50,403 nucleotides of DNA from a bacterium (GTDB lineage: Bacteria > Verrucomicrobiota > Kiritimatiellia > RFP12 > UBA1067), in assembly GCA_037141675.1 (NCBI GenBank), contig JBAXCC010000002.1, positions 1-50,403 on the forward strand, written 5' to 3'. Under the pieces are notes generated by a model, which was not told the origin of the DNA, ran no database searches, and was given only the letters and a program-made list of their open reading frames with translations. Both the position numbers and the translations under genes were made by a program. Positions 17,227 through 27,773 of the stretch are shown one piece after another (within the stretch, counting starts at the first letter, position 1; each line of letters opens with the position of its first letter).

Positions 17227-17752
17227 TATGTCTCTCGTCCTTAGTTTGGTCTCCGTTCTGACCGCAACGATCCTTCAGGACATGATTCCGGCAACAGATA
17301 TCTTGCCGGTAAAGGGATATTTTTTAACGGCAGTTGCTGCGTATTATGTGTTGGCAAAGCCCAGGCTGATCAGTGTGGTGATTGTGACATGGGCAGGCAT
17401 ATTGACAGATGTGTTGGGCGGACTACCCCATGGATGTACGCTTGTTTTTCTATTCGTTAGTTATGCATTTTTATTGCTACTCAAGCGGATCCTTGTCGAA
17501 GCCACAATTTGGCACGGCATGGTGTTGATGGCGATCTTAAGCATGCTGCAGCAGGTCTGGACGCATGTGTGGGTGCGCCATACAGGTATCCAGATATTTT
17601 CAATGGATATGCTTAAGCTGGCAGGATGTTCGGCGCTTATGGGGCTCTTGACGGGTTTTTCAATGTTTGTGCTATGTACTTGGCTTGAACGGTTTAAGGG
17701 TGTTGTTGATCGCCCATCGAACGATGTTGAAGGAATGAATGGAATCGTATGA
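17216..17752 (+). CDS. mreD: Rod-shape-determining protein MreD
   Basis: Polytopic membrane protein of ~178 aa in the canonical position after mreC. ATG at 17216 is preceded by AGGGAGGG (17203-17210). Confidence 0.75.
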   Translation: MLPDMSLVLSLVSVLTATILQDMIPATDILPVKGYFLTAVAAYYVLAKPRLISVVIVTWAGILTDVLGGLPHGCTLVFLFVSYAFLLLLKRILVEATIWHGMVLMAILSMLQQVWTHVWVRHTGIQIFSMDMLKLAGCSALMGLLTGFSMFVLCTWLERFKGVVDRPSNDVEGMNGIV

Positions 17753-19562
17753 CGGACAGAAGTTAACGGATAGCTGGCGTATTGCGCTGATAGCGCTTCT
17801 CTTTAGCCTTGCTATTCTGTTTTTAGGAAATGCGATGTATCACGTGCAGGTGGTACAGGCGTCTGTGCTTTCCAATGACCAAGCACGGCAGAGTATCCGT
17901 CGCGTCCAGGTCCCGGGGACGCGCGGAAAAATAGTTGATCGCAATGGCGTTTGCCTGGCTGAGAATCGCGCCAGTTACTGCATTGCGTATTATGTCGAAG
18001 AATTACGCAAGCGCGGTAAATGGATCAACACCATTAACGCTATCAGTGAAAATATTGACAAGCTTGCAGATGTGCTCGGGGTGCCACGTGAAATCTCCTA
18101 TAGTGCAGTCTCGAATCATGTGATTCGAAGCTTGCCCATGCCGTTGATTGTGTGGAAGGATGTGGACCCTGTCACGCTAGCGCGTTGGGCAGAGAACGCA
18201 GACCAGTTCCCCGGAGTTGACGTCTATGTGCAACCTGAGCGATTTTATCCAGAGAAAACATTGGCGGTTCATTTGCTGGGGTATGTCCGCCGTGACCGTC
18301 CGCCGCGGCCGCGGCCGGGGGAAGAGGCTCATTTCTACTTGCCGGAAATGTATGGAGCCGTCGGTCTTGAGAGCTACTATAACGACTGGCTTACGGGGCA
18401 GCTAGGTGAACAGCTGATTCGCGTGGATGCCCGCGGGTATAAGCACAGAGTCTGGGAAGGCGAGCCAGCGGTTTCGGGACGTGATTTGGCGCTGACCTTG
18501 GACGTGGCCATTCAACGTGCGCTGGAGACCTCTCTTTACGAGAAGCGCGGCGCGGGTGTTGTGATCGATCCGCGTAATGGGGAGATTCTGGCCATGGCCA
18601 GCACGCCGAAGTTTGACCCGAATGAATTTATCCCCATGATTCGTCAGGGCGTCTGGAAACGGCTTATGGAGGATGAAACCCGGCCGATGCTCAATCGCGC
18701 CATCCAAGGACGTTACTCGCCGGGAAGCATCTTTAAACCCGTAACGGCTTTTGCAGCATTGGGTCTAAAAGACTTTGATCCAGAGGCGCCTCATACGTGT
18801 ACAGGGACATTCGAGTTGGGGACCATGCGCCTGAAGTGTTGGGATGTCTACGGACACCATGAGATTGCCTTGCGTCGCGCGATTGAGCAATCCTGCAACA
18901 GTTATTTTTGTAATCTGGGCAATACGATCGGCTATCCAGCCATTTATGCTCAGGCTGAAGCGATTGGGTTGGGCGCCAAGACAGGCATTGATCTGCCAGG
19001 CGAGAATACGGGATTGCTTCCGGATGCGCAATGGAAGCTTGACCGCATGAACGACAGGTGGCGTCCAGGGGATACCTGTCAGTTAGCCATCGGGCAGGGA
19101 TTATTGTTGGTCACACCCTTGCAGATGGCCCTAGTGGCAGCAGCGATTGCAAACGGAGGGAAGGTCTACCAGCCGCATCTTCTCAAAAAGGACACGGCTC
19201 AGGAACCTCTTCGAAAAATGAACTGGTCCGCGGCGGCATTGGCGATTGTGAAGGGCGGCATGCACGATGTCGCAACGCAAGGGACGGGGCGAAGGGTTCA
19301 GGTTCGTGGAACGAACGTCAGCGCAAAGACTGGCACTGCGGAAGTGGATGTGAATGGCAAACGCCATAAGAATACGTGGGTTATGGCATATGCGCCGTCG
19401 GAAGATCCACGAGTCGCTATTGCGATGGTGATTGAGGATGGCGAGTCGGGTGGCAAGACAGTCGCGCCGCTCGTAAAAGATGTACTGGTATCGATTTTCG
19501 GGGAGAGCACGAATATGCCACCTGTGAGCGTGGAAGCACCCTTGCCGACAGGAGGCGACTAA
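17739..19562 (+). CDS. mrdA: Penicillin-binding protein 2 (elongasome transpeptidase)
   Basis: 607 aa. N-terminal TM helix, PBP dimerisation domain, then transpeptidase motifs SPGSIFK (SxxK), SCN (SxN) and KTGTAE (KTG). Confidence 0.93.
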   Translation: MESYDGQKLTDSWRIALIALLFSLAILFLGNAMYHVQVVQASVLSNDQARQSIRRVQVPGTRGKIVDRNGVCLAENRASYCIAYYVEELRKRGKWINTINAISENIDKLADVLGVPREISYSAVSNHVIRSLPMPLIVWKDVDPVTLARWAENADQFPGVDVYVQPERFYPEKTLAVHLLGYVRRDRPPRPRPGEEAHFYLPEMYGAVGLESYYNDWLTGQLGEQLIRVDARGYKHRVWEGEPAVSGRDLALTLDVAIQRALETSLYEKRGAGVVIDPRNGEILAMASTPKFDPNEFIPMIRQGVWKRLMEDETRPMLNRAIQGRYSPGSIFKPVTAFAALGLKDFDPEAPHTCTGTFELGTMRLKCWDVYGHHEIALRRAIEQSCNSYFCNLGNTIGYPAIYAQAEAIGLGAKTGIDLPGENTGLLPDAQWKLDRMNDRWRPGDTCQLAIGQGLLLVTPLQMALVAAAIANGGKVYQPHLLKKDTAQEPLRKMNWSAAALAIVKGGMHDVATQGTGRRVQVRGTNVSAKTGTAEVDVNGKRHKNTWVMAYAPSEDPRVAIAMVIEDGESGGKTVAPLVKDVLVSIFGESTNMPPVSVEAPLPTGGD

Positions 19563-19563
19563 C

Positions 19564-20745
19564 ATGTTCAAAAATAGTGAAAAACTGACATGCTTCCGCC
19601 TGTTTAATCCGCTGATGCTGATGAGCATGCTGTGCCTTTCGGTTATCGGAGTCTTGTACATTTATAGCTCCTGTTCTATCCGTGATGATGCCGAACTGCA
19701 GCAGTTGTATATCCGTCACGCGGAAGCGATCCTGTTTGGGCTTCTCCTGTATGGCGTGGCGGCTTTCGTAAATTATCGGCGACTGCTTGCCTGGAGTTGG
19801 CTCGCGTATGGTGTGATCCTGGTGTTGTTGATCCTGGTGCCGATTATGGGTGATTCGCAGATGGGTGCAAAGCGTTGGCTCTTTGGTATTCAGCCCTCTG
19901 AGCCCGCCAAGCTGGCGATTATTATGATGTTGGCTTGGCTCTATAGTCGCCGGGGCGAGAAGCGTGGAACAGGCATGTTTTTTTTGACACTGCTTCTCGT
20001 GGGAATTCCGGCTATACTGATTTTGCTCCAGCCAGACTTGGGTACGGCAATGGTTCTTGTGCCCACGGTCTTTATGATGATGTTTGTAGCAAACGTGGCG
20101 CCGAAACTTTTATGGGGGGCTACCGCGATCGGTGTTGTTGTGGCAGGCCTGGTGCTGGGTCTTGTTTATGTCACAGAAACAGTCAAGATGCCGAAGGAAC
20201 GCCGTGAGGCGCTGATTCAGGCGACGGGGCTGCGCGATCATCAACTGAGGCGCTTGCAGGTTTTCATGTTCCCGGACAAGGATCTGCATGGCAGCGGATA
20301 TAATCGCCGGCAATCTGAAATAGCAGTCGGCTCTGGCGGCACCTGGGGCAAAGGTTATTTAAAAGGCGAACATTATATGCTGGGGTATCTGCCCCCCTCT
20401 GTTTCGTCAAATGATTTTATTTTCGCAGTGTTGGCCGAAGAGGCTGGTTTTGCGGGAACGATAATGGTGCTACTCCTTTTCCTGTCCTTGACATGGACAG
20501 GTTTGTGGGTGGCATTTCGATGTAGGGATGACGGAGGGCGGATATTCTGTGTGGGCGTGGTGACCTTGATGTTTAGTCATGCATTCATCAATATAGCCAT
20601 GACAATCGGACTGATGCCGATCACAGGGCTGCCGTTGCCGTTTATCAGTTATGGCCGAACATTTATGCTGACCATGATGGTCGCATTAGGTTTGGTCCAA
20701 AGTGTCTCCATGTATGGACGAGACCCGGAGACACGTTTTTCGTAG
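19564..20745 (+). CDS. mrdB: SEDS-family peptidoglycan polymerase RodA
   Basis: 393 aa, about 10 TM helices. Contains QPSEPAKL, LLQPDLGTA, SNDFIFAVLAEEAGF and GLPLPFISYG. Immediately follows mrdA. Confidence 0.93.
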   Translation: MFKNSEKLTCFRLFNPLMLMSMLCLSVIGVLYIYSSCSIRDDAELQQLYIRHAEAILFGLLLYGVAAFVNYRRLLAWSWLAYGVILVLLILVPIMGDSQMGAKRWLFGIQPSEPAKLAIIMMLAWLYSRRGEKRGTGMFFLTLLLVGIPAILILLQPDLGTAMVLVPTVFMMMFVANVAPKLLWGATAIGVVVAGLVLGLVYVTETVKMPKERREALIQATGLRDHQLRRLQVFMFPDKDLHGSGYNRRQSEIAVGSGGTWGKGYLKGEHYMLGYLPPSVSSNDFIFAVLAEEAGFAGTIMVLLLFLSLTWTGLWVAFRCRDDGGRIFCVGVVTLMFSHAFINIAMTIGLMPITGLPLPFISYGRTFMLTMMVALGLVQSVSMYGRDPETRFS

Positions 20746-20783
20746 AGGCTTGATTCGTCAAGCCACAAAAAGAGGAAAAGAGA

Positions 20784-22403
20784 ATGAATGTGTTGAAACC
20801 CCTAACGGATGGGATAAAGAAAGTGATGGGATGGATTAAGCGATCTGCGCCAAAGCGCGAGATTATTGTCAATGCGGAAAAACTGGAGACGCGCGTGGCC
20901 GTGGTGGAAAATGGCCGTGTCGAAGAGTACCTTGTTGAACATCCAGCCGAAGAACGCTTGGTTGGAAGCATATTTAAGGGACGTATTCAAAATTTGGAAC
21001 ATGACCTGCAGGCTGCCTTTGTTGATATTGGATTAAAGAAGAACGCCTTTTTGCATTACTGGGATATGATTCCGGATGATGATAGCCGACTGGATGAAGA
21101 TGACGAGAATGCACGTCCATCCCGGCGCAAACGCGTTTCGAATGAAGAGATCAACAAGCGGTTTCCGCCTGGAACGGAAATTGTTGTTCAGGTGACGAAG
21201 GGTCCCATCAGCACAAAGGGACCACGCGTGACTGCGAACTTGAGTTTGCCGGGACGTTATCTGGTGATGATGCCAGGGACGCATCTGCGGGGTGTTTCAC
21301 GAAAGATTGGCGATGCGAAGGAACGTCAGCGCCTGAAAAAAATTCTCGATCGGATGCCGTTGCCAGAGAATGCGGGATTGATTGTTCGCACGGTCGGCTC
21401 GAATGCGAACCAACGCTCCTTTGTGCGCGATTTGCGCAATCTGATGGAAGCATGGAATGAGCTGCAAGACAATATCAAGAACCTGACAGCTCCCGCGTGC
21501 GTTTATCAGGAACCGGACTTGGTCGAACGCGTTGTCCGGGACTGGCTGACCGAAGAGATCGAATGCGTGACTATTGACGACGCGGATGCGTATGAACGCA
21601 TCCGGAATGTCGCATCGCGTATTTCGCGTCGTGCAAAGAGCATGATCCGTCACTATGACGGACATTTGGCGATTTTTGAACACTATGGTGTTGAGCGCCA
21701 GATTGAAGAGACCTTCCGGCGAAAAGTGAATTTGAAGTCTGGGGCTTACTTGGTGATTGAAGAAACCGAAGCGCTGATCTCGATTGACGTCAACACGGGA
21801 CGTCATCGCGGCAAGGGGTCGCAGGAAGATGCCATTCTTGAAGTGAACTTGGAGGCGGTTGAAGAAGTTGCCCGTCAGTTGCGGTTGCGAAATATTGGTG
21901 GTCTGGTCGTGCTCGACTTGATCGACATGAAGTCCAGAAAGCACCAGAATACGGTTTACAAGGCGATGAAACAGGCATTAAGACGTGATCGTGCACGGAC
22001 AAACGTGCTTCAGATTTCCGAGTTGGGGCTTATGGAAATGACACGTCAGCGTCAGGAAGAGAGTCTGTTGTCCAAAATGTATTCGGATTGCCCATACTGC
22101 CGTGGACATGGCAGCGTGAAGTCTCCGCTTGCGTTGAGTGCTGACATCCAGCGGCAAATTGGGGCCTTGATGCGTAAGGGTGCCCAAGAGGGGCATGATG
22201 TCAATCTGCAAGTGATTGTGGCCCCGAGCGTGCTTGATCGTCTGCGTAAAGAAGATGAAGCCTTTCTTGTTGAACTTCAACGTCGTTACACCGGACGCCT
22301 GACCTTTAAGTCGGAGCTCTATCGTCATCCAGAGTCATTCTGTATTGTGGATGGAGATTCGGGCAAAGTTTTGTATTCCGTTGGCGAGTCAAAAACAGTA
22401 TAA
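20784..22403 (+). CDS. rng: Ribonuclease G/E family endoribonuclease
   Basis: S1 domain (VGSIFKGRIQNLEHDLQAAFVDIGLKKNAFLH) and catalytic core blocks (LISIDVNTGR, NLEAVEEVARQLRLRNIGGLVVLDLIDM). Zn-link CPYCRGHG. The true start may be the internal M at ~20826. Confidence 0.9.
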   Translation: MNVLKPLTDGIKKVMGWIKRSAPKREIIVNAEKLETRVAVVENGRVEEYLVEHPAEERLVGSIFKGRIQNLEHDLQAAFVDIGLKKNAFLHYWDMIPDDDSRLDEDDENARPSRRKRVSNEEINKRFPPGTEIVVQVTKGPISTKGPRVTANLSLPGRYLVMMPGTHLRGVSRKIGDAKERQRLKKILDRMPLPENAGLIVRTVGSNANQRSFVRDLRNLMEAWNELQDNIKNLTAPACVYQEPDLVERVVRDWLTEEIECVTIDDADAYERIRNVASRISRRAKSMIRHYDGHLAIFEHYGVERQIEETFRRKVNLKSGAYLVIEETEALISIDVNTGRHRGKGSQEDAILEVNLEAVEEVARQLRLRNIGGLVVLDLIDMKSRKHQNTVYKAMKQALRRDRARTNVLQISELGLMEMTRQRQEESLLSKMYSDCPYCRGHGSVKSPLALSADIQRQIGALMRKGAQEGHDVNLQVIVAPSVLDRLRKEDEAFLVELQRRYTGRLTFKSELYRHPESFCIVDGDSGKVLYSVGESKTV

Positions 22404-22405
22404 TA

Positions 22406-24706
22406 TTGGCACACATGAGAAAAGCTCTAATTTTTGTTGGAATAGGAGTCATGTCAGTGGTTTGTTTTGGGCAAGTTACGTCCAAGGCTCAATCATTTCT
22501 AGACATGAAGTCGGACATCGAAAAATTCGAGAGTACGGCTGATAAATTCGAGGTCAACCAGAAGACTGGCTGGATTATTTTGACAGGCAATGTCAAAGTC
22601 ATTACAGACAAGCAGGAAATGACATCGGATCAAGCGAAGATTCACCGCGAGAGTGGTGTTGTACAAGCCCTTGGGCACGTAGTGATCAAGCAGCCAGGCA
22701 TGGGCGATTGGCGTGGTGACTATGTCGAGTACAACTACAAGACAGGTAAAGGTCTCGCCTTGAATGGGTTTCTGAAGTCCAAGGATTTTGGAGTTTATGC
22801 CAAGCAAATGGCCCGTACGGAAGACGGGGTTTATCTAGCGGAGGACGTGTCGATTACGACCTGTACGAACGCCTTTGAGCATCTGCATTGGCGTATAGAT
22901 GGGGATGCCCGTCTAAAAGATGGAGACTATGCGGTAGTCTACAACGGGGTTCCTTATTTGTTTGGTGTTCCGTTCTTTTATTTCCCCTATTGGTACCGGG
23001 CGCTGGACGTTGATTACGGTGTCCGTGTCTATCCTGGCTACGTATCGCGCTGGGGTGGCTATGTGTTGCTGTCGTACAAGCTTAATATTTATAAGTCTGC
23101 ACAGCAGGATGGGCCGATTCTTGATGCGACATCTCATTTGGAGTTCCGGTCGAAGCGAGGCGTGGGCGTAGGTGAAACGTTGGAATGGAATCTCAAGCGG
23201 TGGGGCGAGGGAGAGTTCAGCGCATTCCACTATTGGGATACTGATCCGAGTGAGGGCCACGACTCACAAAACTGGTCGTCGCCCATACCCGCTGAGCGCT
23301 ACAAACTGGCGATTTTGCATTCGACAGACATTACGCCTCGCGACTTGTTCCTGTTACGTGCAAACTATCTGAGTGACTCGGAAGTCCTTGACGATTATTT
23401 TGAGAGAGGTAGTCGCGAGGAGAGCATCCCCATTAATTTTGCATCATATGAGCATCGCGAACATGCGTTAGCTGCAGGTGCGCTTGTGAGTGGCCCGCTG
23501 AACGAGTTTTATGGGGGCGTTGCTCGCTTGCCGGAAGTCTGGTTTGATATTGTACCCACTCCGATCTTTAATACTGGGATCAACTACGAAAGCCAGACCC
23601 GGGTCGGATATCTGGAGCGCCAGGCAGCTTATTATTCACAGGCAGCTCCCAATTTCAGATATTATCCCGGGGATTGGGCTGACTATCAGACTGCGCGTGG
23701 GAACACTGCGCATCGCTTGACCTATCCTATGAAGTTCTTTGATGTGGTCAGTCTTGTTCCACGGATGGGCTACCAGGGAACCTATTATCAGGATTCAGAG
23801 ACGGGCGACGCGCTTTACCGGCATGCTGGTGATTTTGGTGCAGAGGCTTCAATGCGCATTGTGTCGGGATGGCAAAATGGTTGGCGTCATACCATAGAAC
23901 CCTACATCGATTACAGTTGGCAACCCGTGGACTGGAGTGCAGATGCGCGGAACGGCACAGGGGAAAACAATGCCTATATGTTTGATAAGATTGACCGTTC
24001 CTTTGAGTGGCAGGACCAGTTTGGCATGGATGGTGTTTGGTTGCCGTACAACTGGCATGGCATACGTCCGGGTGTGCGCAATCTGTTCCAGACAAAAAGC
24101 GAAACAACTGGGGCACCGCGCACGTTTTTGGATATCGATACGTATGCCGCCATTCAGTTCCCAAATTCAGCCACGAGTGACGCGGAGCCGAACATCAATG
24201 AAAATGGTGCTCGCATGGTGGGCATGAAGACTATCTTCAGTCCGATCGAATCCTTTGAGTCGCGTGCGGTTGCGGAATGGGATACGGAACAGGAAAAATT
24301 CGCGTATGTTGATTTGAGCGCCCATTATAAGTTAAACAAAAGGCTCAGCGTGGGCGCAGGCTATTTGGCGCGTGACCAGGACCTATATGACTTTCGTTCT
24401 TCCTCTATATCCCAATGGAATCGGGCTGAGCAGAGTGTGTTTTATACTGGATTTTTCCATGAATTTACCGATGCCTGGGCTTGGAGCATGTTCGTGCGTT
24501 ATGATACGGATGTTGGGGCTCTGGATGAGGTTGGCGGATTTCTCCAATACAGTTTGGACTGTTTGGTGTTTCAACTGAGGACATCCTATCGTTCATCCTT
24601 TACTCGAAACGACGGGTCAGAAAGGGATAGCGATTTCCGCGTTTCGTTCATCATGTGGCTCCGGGCTATGGATCGGAAACAGCGGTATGAATGGGATCGT
24701 TTTTAA
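22406..24706 (+). CDS. lptD: LPS-assembly outer-membrane protein LptD (OstA family)
   Basis: Signal peptide. OstA_N-like jelly roll (ADKFEVNQKTGWIILTGNVKVITDKQEMTSDQAKIH). Long aromatic-rich beta-barrel region ending in an aromatic residue (...YEWDRF). Confidence 0.85.
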   Translation: MAHMRKALIFVGIGVMSVVCFGQVTSKAQSFLDMKSDIEKFESTADKFEVNQKTGWIILTGNVKVITDKQEMTSDQAKIHRESGVVQALGHVVIKQPGMGDWRGDYVEYNYKTGKGLALNGFLKSKDFGVYAKQMARTEDGVYLAEDVSITTCTNAFEHLHWRIDGDARLKDGDYAVVYNGVPYLFGVPFFYFPYWYRALDVDYGVRVYPGYVSRWGGYVLLSYKLNIYKSAQQDGPILDATSHLEFRSKRGVGVGETLEWNLKRWGEGEFSAFHYWDTDPSEGHDSQNWSSPIPAERYKLAILHSTDITPRDLFLLRANYLSDSEVLDDYFERGSREESIPINFASYEHREHALAAGALVSGPLNEFYGGVARLPEVWFDIVPTPIFNTGINYESQTRVGYLERQAAYYSQAAPNFRYYPGDWADYQTARGNTAHRLTYPMKFFDVVSLVPRMGYQGTYYQDSETGDALYRHAGDFGAEASMRIVSGWQNGWRHTIEPYIDYSWQPVDWSADARNGTGENNAYMFDKIDRSFEWQDQFGMDGVWLPYNWHGIRPGVRNLFQTKSETTGAPRTFLDIDTYAAIQFPNSATSDAEPNINENGARMVGMKTIFSPIESFESRAVAEWDTEQEKFAYVDLSAHYKLNKRLSVGAGYLARDQDLYDFRSSSISQWNRAEQSVFYTGFFHEFTDAWAWSMFVRYDTDVGALDEVGGFLQYSLDCLVFQLRTSYRSSFTRNDGSERDSDFRVSFIMWLRAMDRKQRYEWDRF

Positions 24707-24731
24707 TGTGCACTGTTAAGGAGGTCATTCC

Positions 24732-25253
24732 ATGACGATAACAAAGCATAAAAAAACCCAGGCTCGAGCGAGCAAAATGGCCACGAAGAAACCCGTTCAA
24801 AAGAAGCTTGCGTCCGCAAAAGCCACGTCGCCGAAGAAGTCGGTTAAAAAGACGGGGGCTGTGCGGAAGATAGCTGCCCCCCTCCAGAAGAAGACACCTG
24901 CGGCTGTTTCGCGTTCTCATGTTCAGAAAAAGGCTCCTCTGCCTGTCGTGCGTTCGATTCAGGCTGTTGTTCGGAAGGATGTCATCCCGCTTGCGACGAA
25001 GCCTAGCGCTCTCACCTGTCCTTTGGTGCTGGATGGCATTGTGCTGGCGGTAGATTTTTTGCCGCGTGACTGCTTCTCCTGCGACGAATTTGATTGCCGT
25101 TTCTATTCGGCGGAAGAACGTTCAGGTCCGTTGGGAAGTCGTCTTTTTGCAGGCGAGGAAGACGGTGAAGAGGATTTGGAAGATGCTGAACTCTTCGGTT
25201 TTGAGAGGGGAGAGGGCGACAGTGATCAGTGGGGCGACGAGGATGAGAAATGA
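24732..25253 (+). CDS. Hypothetical protein: lysine-rich N-terminus, Cys-containing core, strongly acidic C-terminus
   Basis: 173 aa. The N-terminal ~90 aa are K/A/P-rich (ATKKPVQKKLASAKATSPKKSVKKTG...). The core has C..DCFSCDEFDC. The tail is EEDGEEDLEDAELFGFERGEGDSDQWGDEDEK. No family recognised. Confidence 0.55.
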   Translation: MTITKHKKTQARASKMATKKPVQKKLASAKATSPKKSVKKTGAVRKIAAPLQKKTPAAVSRSHVQKKAPLPVVRSIQAVVRKDVIPLATKPSALTCPLVLDGIVLAVDFLPRDCFSCDEFDCRFYSAEERSGPLGSRLFAGEEDGEEDLEDAELFGFERGEGDSDQWGDEDEK

Positions 25254-26272
25254 TGGGAAAAAATATGCGAATGATTAAGTATGTTTTGTTATGTGTGCTA
25301 ATGGCCTGTATCTCTATTGCAGAAGACAAGCCATCAACGCCTAGCCCTTCTGCTGTCAAAGGGAAGAAGCCACAGGTCCTTGAGTTGATCAAGCCTGCAA
25401 ACGAATTAATGTCAAAGGCGCAAGAGGCCTATATAGGAGATGACTCGAAAAAAGCGATTACGTTGTTTCGGGATGCGCTTGCGGCGTTGATTAAAGTGGA
25501 GCAGGATAATCCTGTTTCTGCGGCATCGCCGGAATTTGCACCGGTCCGTTTTCGCAAGGCCATTTGTGAGACGGAAATTGAACGTATCCTCTTGGCGGAG
25601 GCGCAGGCTTCGTCTAGGACCATCGCAGTGACCGATACGCGCGAGTTGGAGCAAATGCGCGCCGATCGCAAACGTGCGGCTACGACGAATCATGTCATAG
25701 AGGTCACCCGGAAGCTTAATTCAAAGCAGAGCGGTGCGGAAGTGGATGCAGTGGCCGTTGCTGTGGATGCTGCTGCTACGAAACCTGATCAAAAGACTGT
25801 CCCGGAGGCGCCAGTAAAGGTCAGCGAGGAATTGGAGTGGGCCAAGGATATGGTGTTGGTTGAGCGTTTTGAGGAGGCGGAGCGGTCTTTGGTTAAGGTA
25901 TTGAAGAAAGAGCCTGAAAATAAAGAGGCTCGTTTTTTGATGGCGCTTTCGAAAGTGAAGCAGGGCAAGCCGACGGATGCGTTAATCGTGCTGGCGGATT
26001 TGCTGGAGGAATCTCCTTCGGATGAATCTAACCTTTTGCTGGCCGCAGGTGCACATTTAGCTGCAGGCGCTTATACAAAGTCGATGGAAATCTTGGACAA
26101 AGTCATGAAAACAAATCCGCGGCGGCCCGATGCCTATTTAAATATGGCTTGGCTTTTGTTGGACATGCGGCCGGATGCACTATCAGAAGCCGAAATGTAT
26201 TATCGGCAAGGCGTGAAGTTAGGGCTCACCCGCAATCGCGATCTGGAGAGACGCCTGGGTATTAAGCAGTAG
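25250..26272 (+). CDS. TPR-repeat lipoprotein
   Basis: Signal peptide with lipobox-like LMAC. The C-terminal half has TPR-like repeats (EAERSLVKVLKKEPENKEARFLMALSKVKQG; YTKSMEILDKVMKTNPRRPDAYLNMAWLLL). The start overlaps the upstream stop (ATGA). Confidence 0.7.
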   Translation: MMGKNMRMIKYVLLCVLMACISIAEDKPSTPSPSAVKGKKPQVLELIKPANELMSKAQEAYIGDDSKKAITLFRDALAALIKVEQDNPVSAASPEFAPVRFRKAICETEIERILLAEAQASSRTIAVTDTRELEQMRADRKRAATTNHVIEVTRKLNSKQSGAEVDAVAVAVDAAATKPDQKTVPEAPVKVSEELEWAKDMVLVERFEEAERSLVKVLKKEPENKEARFLMALSKVKQGKPTDALIVLADLLEESPSDESNLLLAAGAHLAAGAYTKSMEILDKVMKTNPRRPDAYLNMAWLLLDMRPDALSEAEMYYRQGVKLGLTRNRDLERRLGIKQ

Positions 26273-26315
26273 CCGGTGTCCCAGTGATGAAAGGTGGAAG
26301 GCGAAGGCCTTACGG

Positions 26316-27284
26316 ATGATGAAGCAGATTGATAGTTCTCAGTATTTGGATGTACTTGCCGCGACTCGACAGTCGTGGCATAATCGTTATTATGCCATGT
26401 ACTCCAGCATTCTCGATGGTGTTGTCGTAGACCCATTGTTGATGCAAGTGCCCGTAGATGACCATCTGGTGCATCGGGGAGATGGGGTTTTCGACACCTT
26501 CAAATGTGTGCGTCGTGGCGCCTATAACTTAGATCCGCATCTGAACAGACTGGTTCGTTCGGCTGGTGAAATAGGGCTGATTTGGCCGGGGGGCGTGGAG
26601 GATATCCGGATCAAGGCCATTCAGACGCTGGCTATTGCAAACAGGGACGACTGCTTGTGTCGTGTTATTTTAGCGCGTGGTCCTGGCGGATTGGGCGTGA
26701 GCCCATACGAGTCGCCGCATCCTTCATTGTATATCGTTGTGTATATGGCGGGGACCCCCTTCATGCAGGCTCATCCCGAGGGGGCGCGTGTGAACAAGAG
26801 TTGTGTACCCGTCAAGTCAGGCAACTTCGCGACCTATAAGCATTGTAACTATCTGCCCAATGTGATGATGAAGCGGGAGGCTGTTGATGCTGGCGTTGAT
26901 TTTGTTGTCAGTTATGATGTGAACGGTTTCCTTGCGGAAGGTGCGACAGAGAATGTCGGGGTCGTTACGGCTGCACGCGAACTTCTTTTTCCGAAGCTGG
27001 ATTATGTGCTCGACGGCACAACGATGCTGCGCGTCATAACGTTGGCGGCGGGATTGGTGAGAGACGGCACCTTGAGGCGCGTGGCTTATGAGAATATAAC
27101 GGAAGCAATGGTCTGCTCGGCGGCTGAACTTTTAATTATTGGAACGACACTCAATGTAGCCTCCTCCTGTACGTATAATGGCATTTCCGTTGGTGTGGCA
27201 TGCCCGGGCCCAGTTGGAAAAAGATTAGATAAAATGCTTGCTGATGATATAGCCGAAAATGAAGATATGCGGACGAGGTTTTAA
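26316..27284 (+). CDS. Class IV (fold-type IV) PLP aminotransferase / aminodeoxychorismate-lyase-like protein
   Basis: 322 aa. Contains HRGDGVFDT, HLNRL..SA, and a KxxNYL-type block (TYKHCNYLPNVMMKREA) carrying the probable PLP lysine, plus EGATENV. Specific activity cannot be assigned. Confidence 0.75.
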   Translation: MMKQIDSSQYLDVLAATRQSWHNRYYAMYSSILDGVVVDPLLMQVPVDDHLVHRGDGVFDTFKCVRRGAYNLDPHLNRLVRSAGEIGLIWPGGVEDIRIKAIQTLAIANRDDCLCRVILARGPGGLGVSPYESPHPSLYIVVYMAGTPFMQAHPEGARVNKSCVPVKSGNFATYKHCNYLPNVMMKREAVDAGVDFVVSYDVNGFLAEGATENVGVVTAARELLFPKLDYVLDGTTMLRVITLAAGLVRDGTLRRVAYENITEAMVCSAAELLIIGTTLNVASSCTYNGISVGVACPGPVGKRLDKMLADDIAENEDMRTRF

Positions 27285-27290
27285 AAGATC

Positions 27291-27773
27291 ATGAATGGTT
27301 TCAAAGAGGTTGTTCAACAATGTGTTGTGTGCTTGAACATGACAGAGACAAACGGCATGGACGTTATTGCCCGTTTGGTCCACGAAGCGATACGTCATGG
27401 ATTAATGAAGCCTGAGCATGAAGAAGATGCAGTTCGGTCCATCCTCAATCGTGAGCAAAGTGCGTCGACGGCCCAGCCAGAAGGGATTGCGCTCCCTCAC
27501 GGACGGGTCCCCTATGTGTCGGATCTTGTTTTTATGCTGGGGGTTCATCCACGCGGTGTTGATTTTGGGGCGCCTGATGGACGGACAACACATATTTTTG
27601 CCCAGATGCTTGCGCCGCAGTCTTGCGGGGCAAGCTATATTCAGTTTTTGGCACAGCTGTGTCAGCGGTTGCTGGACTCATCTGTTCTTGAACAATTAAT
27701 GTGTGCGACAACACGGGAAGAGATATGCGCCTCTCTCATAAAGGATGGAGAAAAATATGGAAAAAAAATATAA
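27291..27773 (+). CDS. PTS EIIA(Ntr)/fructose-type regulatory domain protein
   Basis: 160 aa PTS_EIIA_2 pattern with the phosphorylatable His in GIALPHGRV. No other PTS components lie nearby. Confidence 0.75.
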   Translation: MNGFKEVVQQCVVCLNMTETNGMDVIARLVHEAIRHGLMKPEHEEDAVRSILNREQSASTAQPEGIALPHGRVPYVSDLVFMLGVHPRGVDFGAPDGRTTHIFAQMLAPQSCGASYIQFLAQLCQRLLDSSVLEQLMCATTREEICASLIKDGEKYGKKI

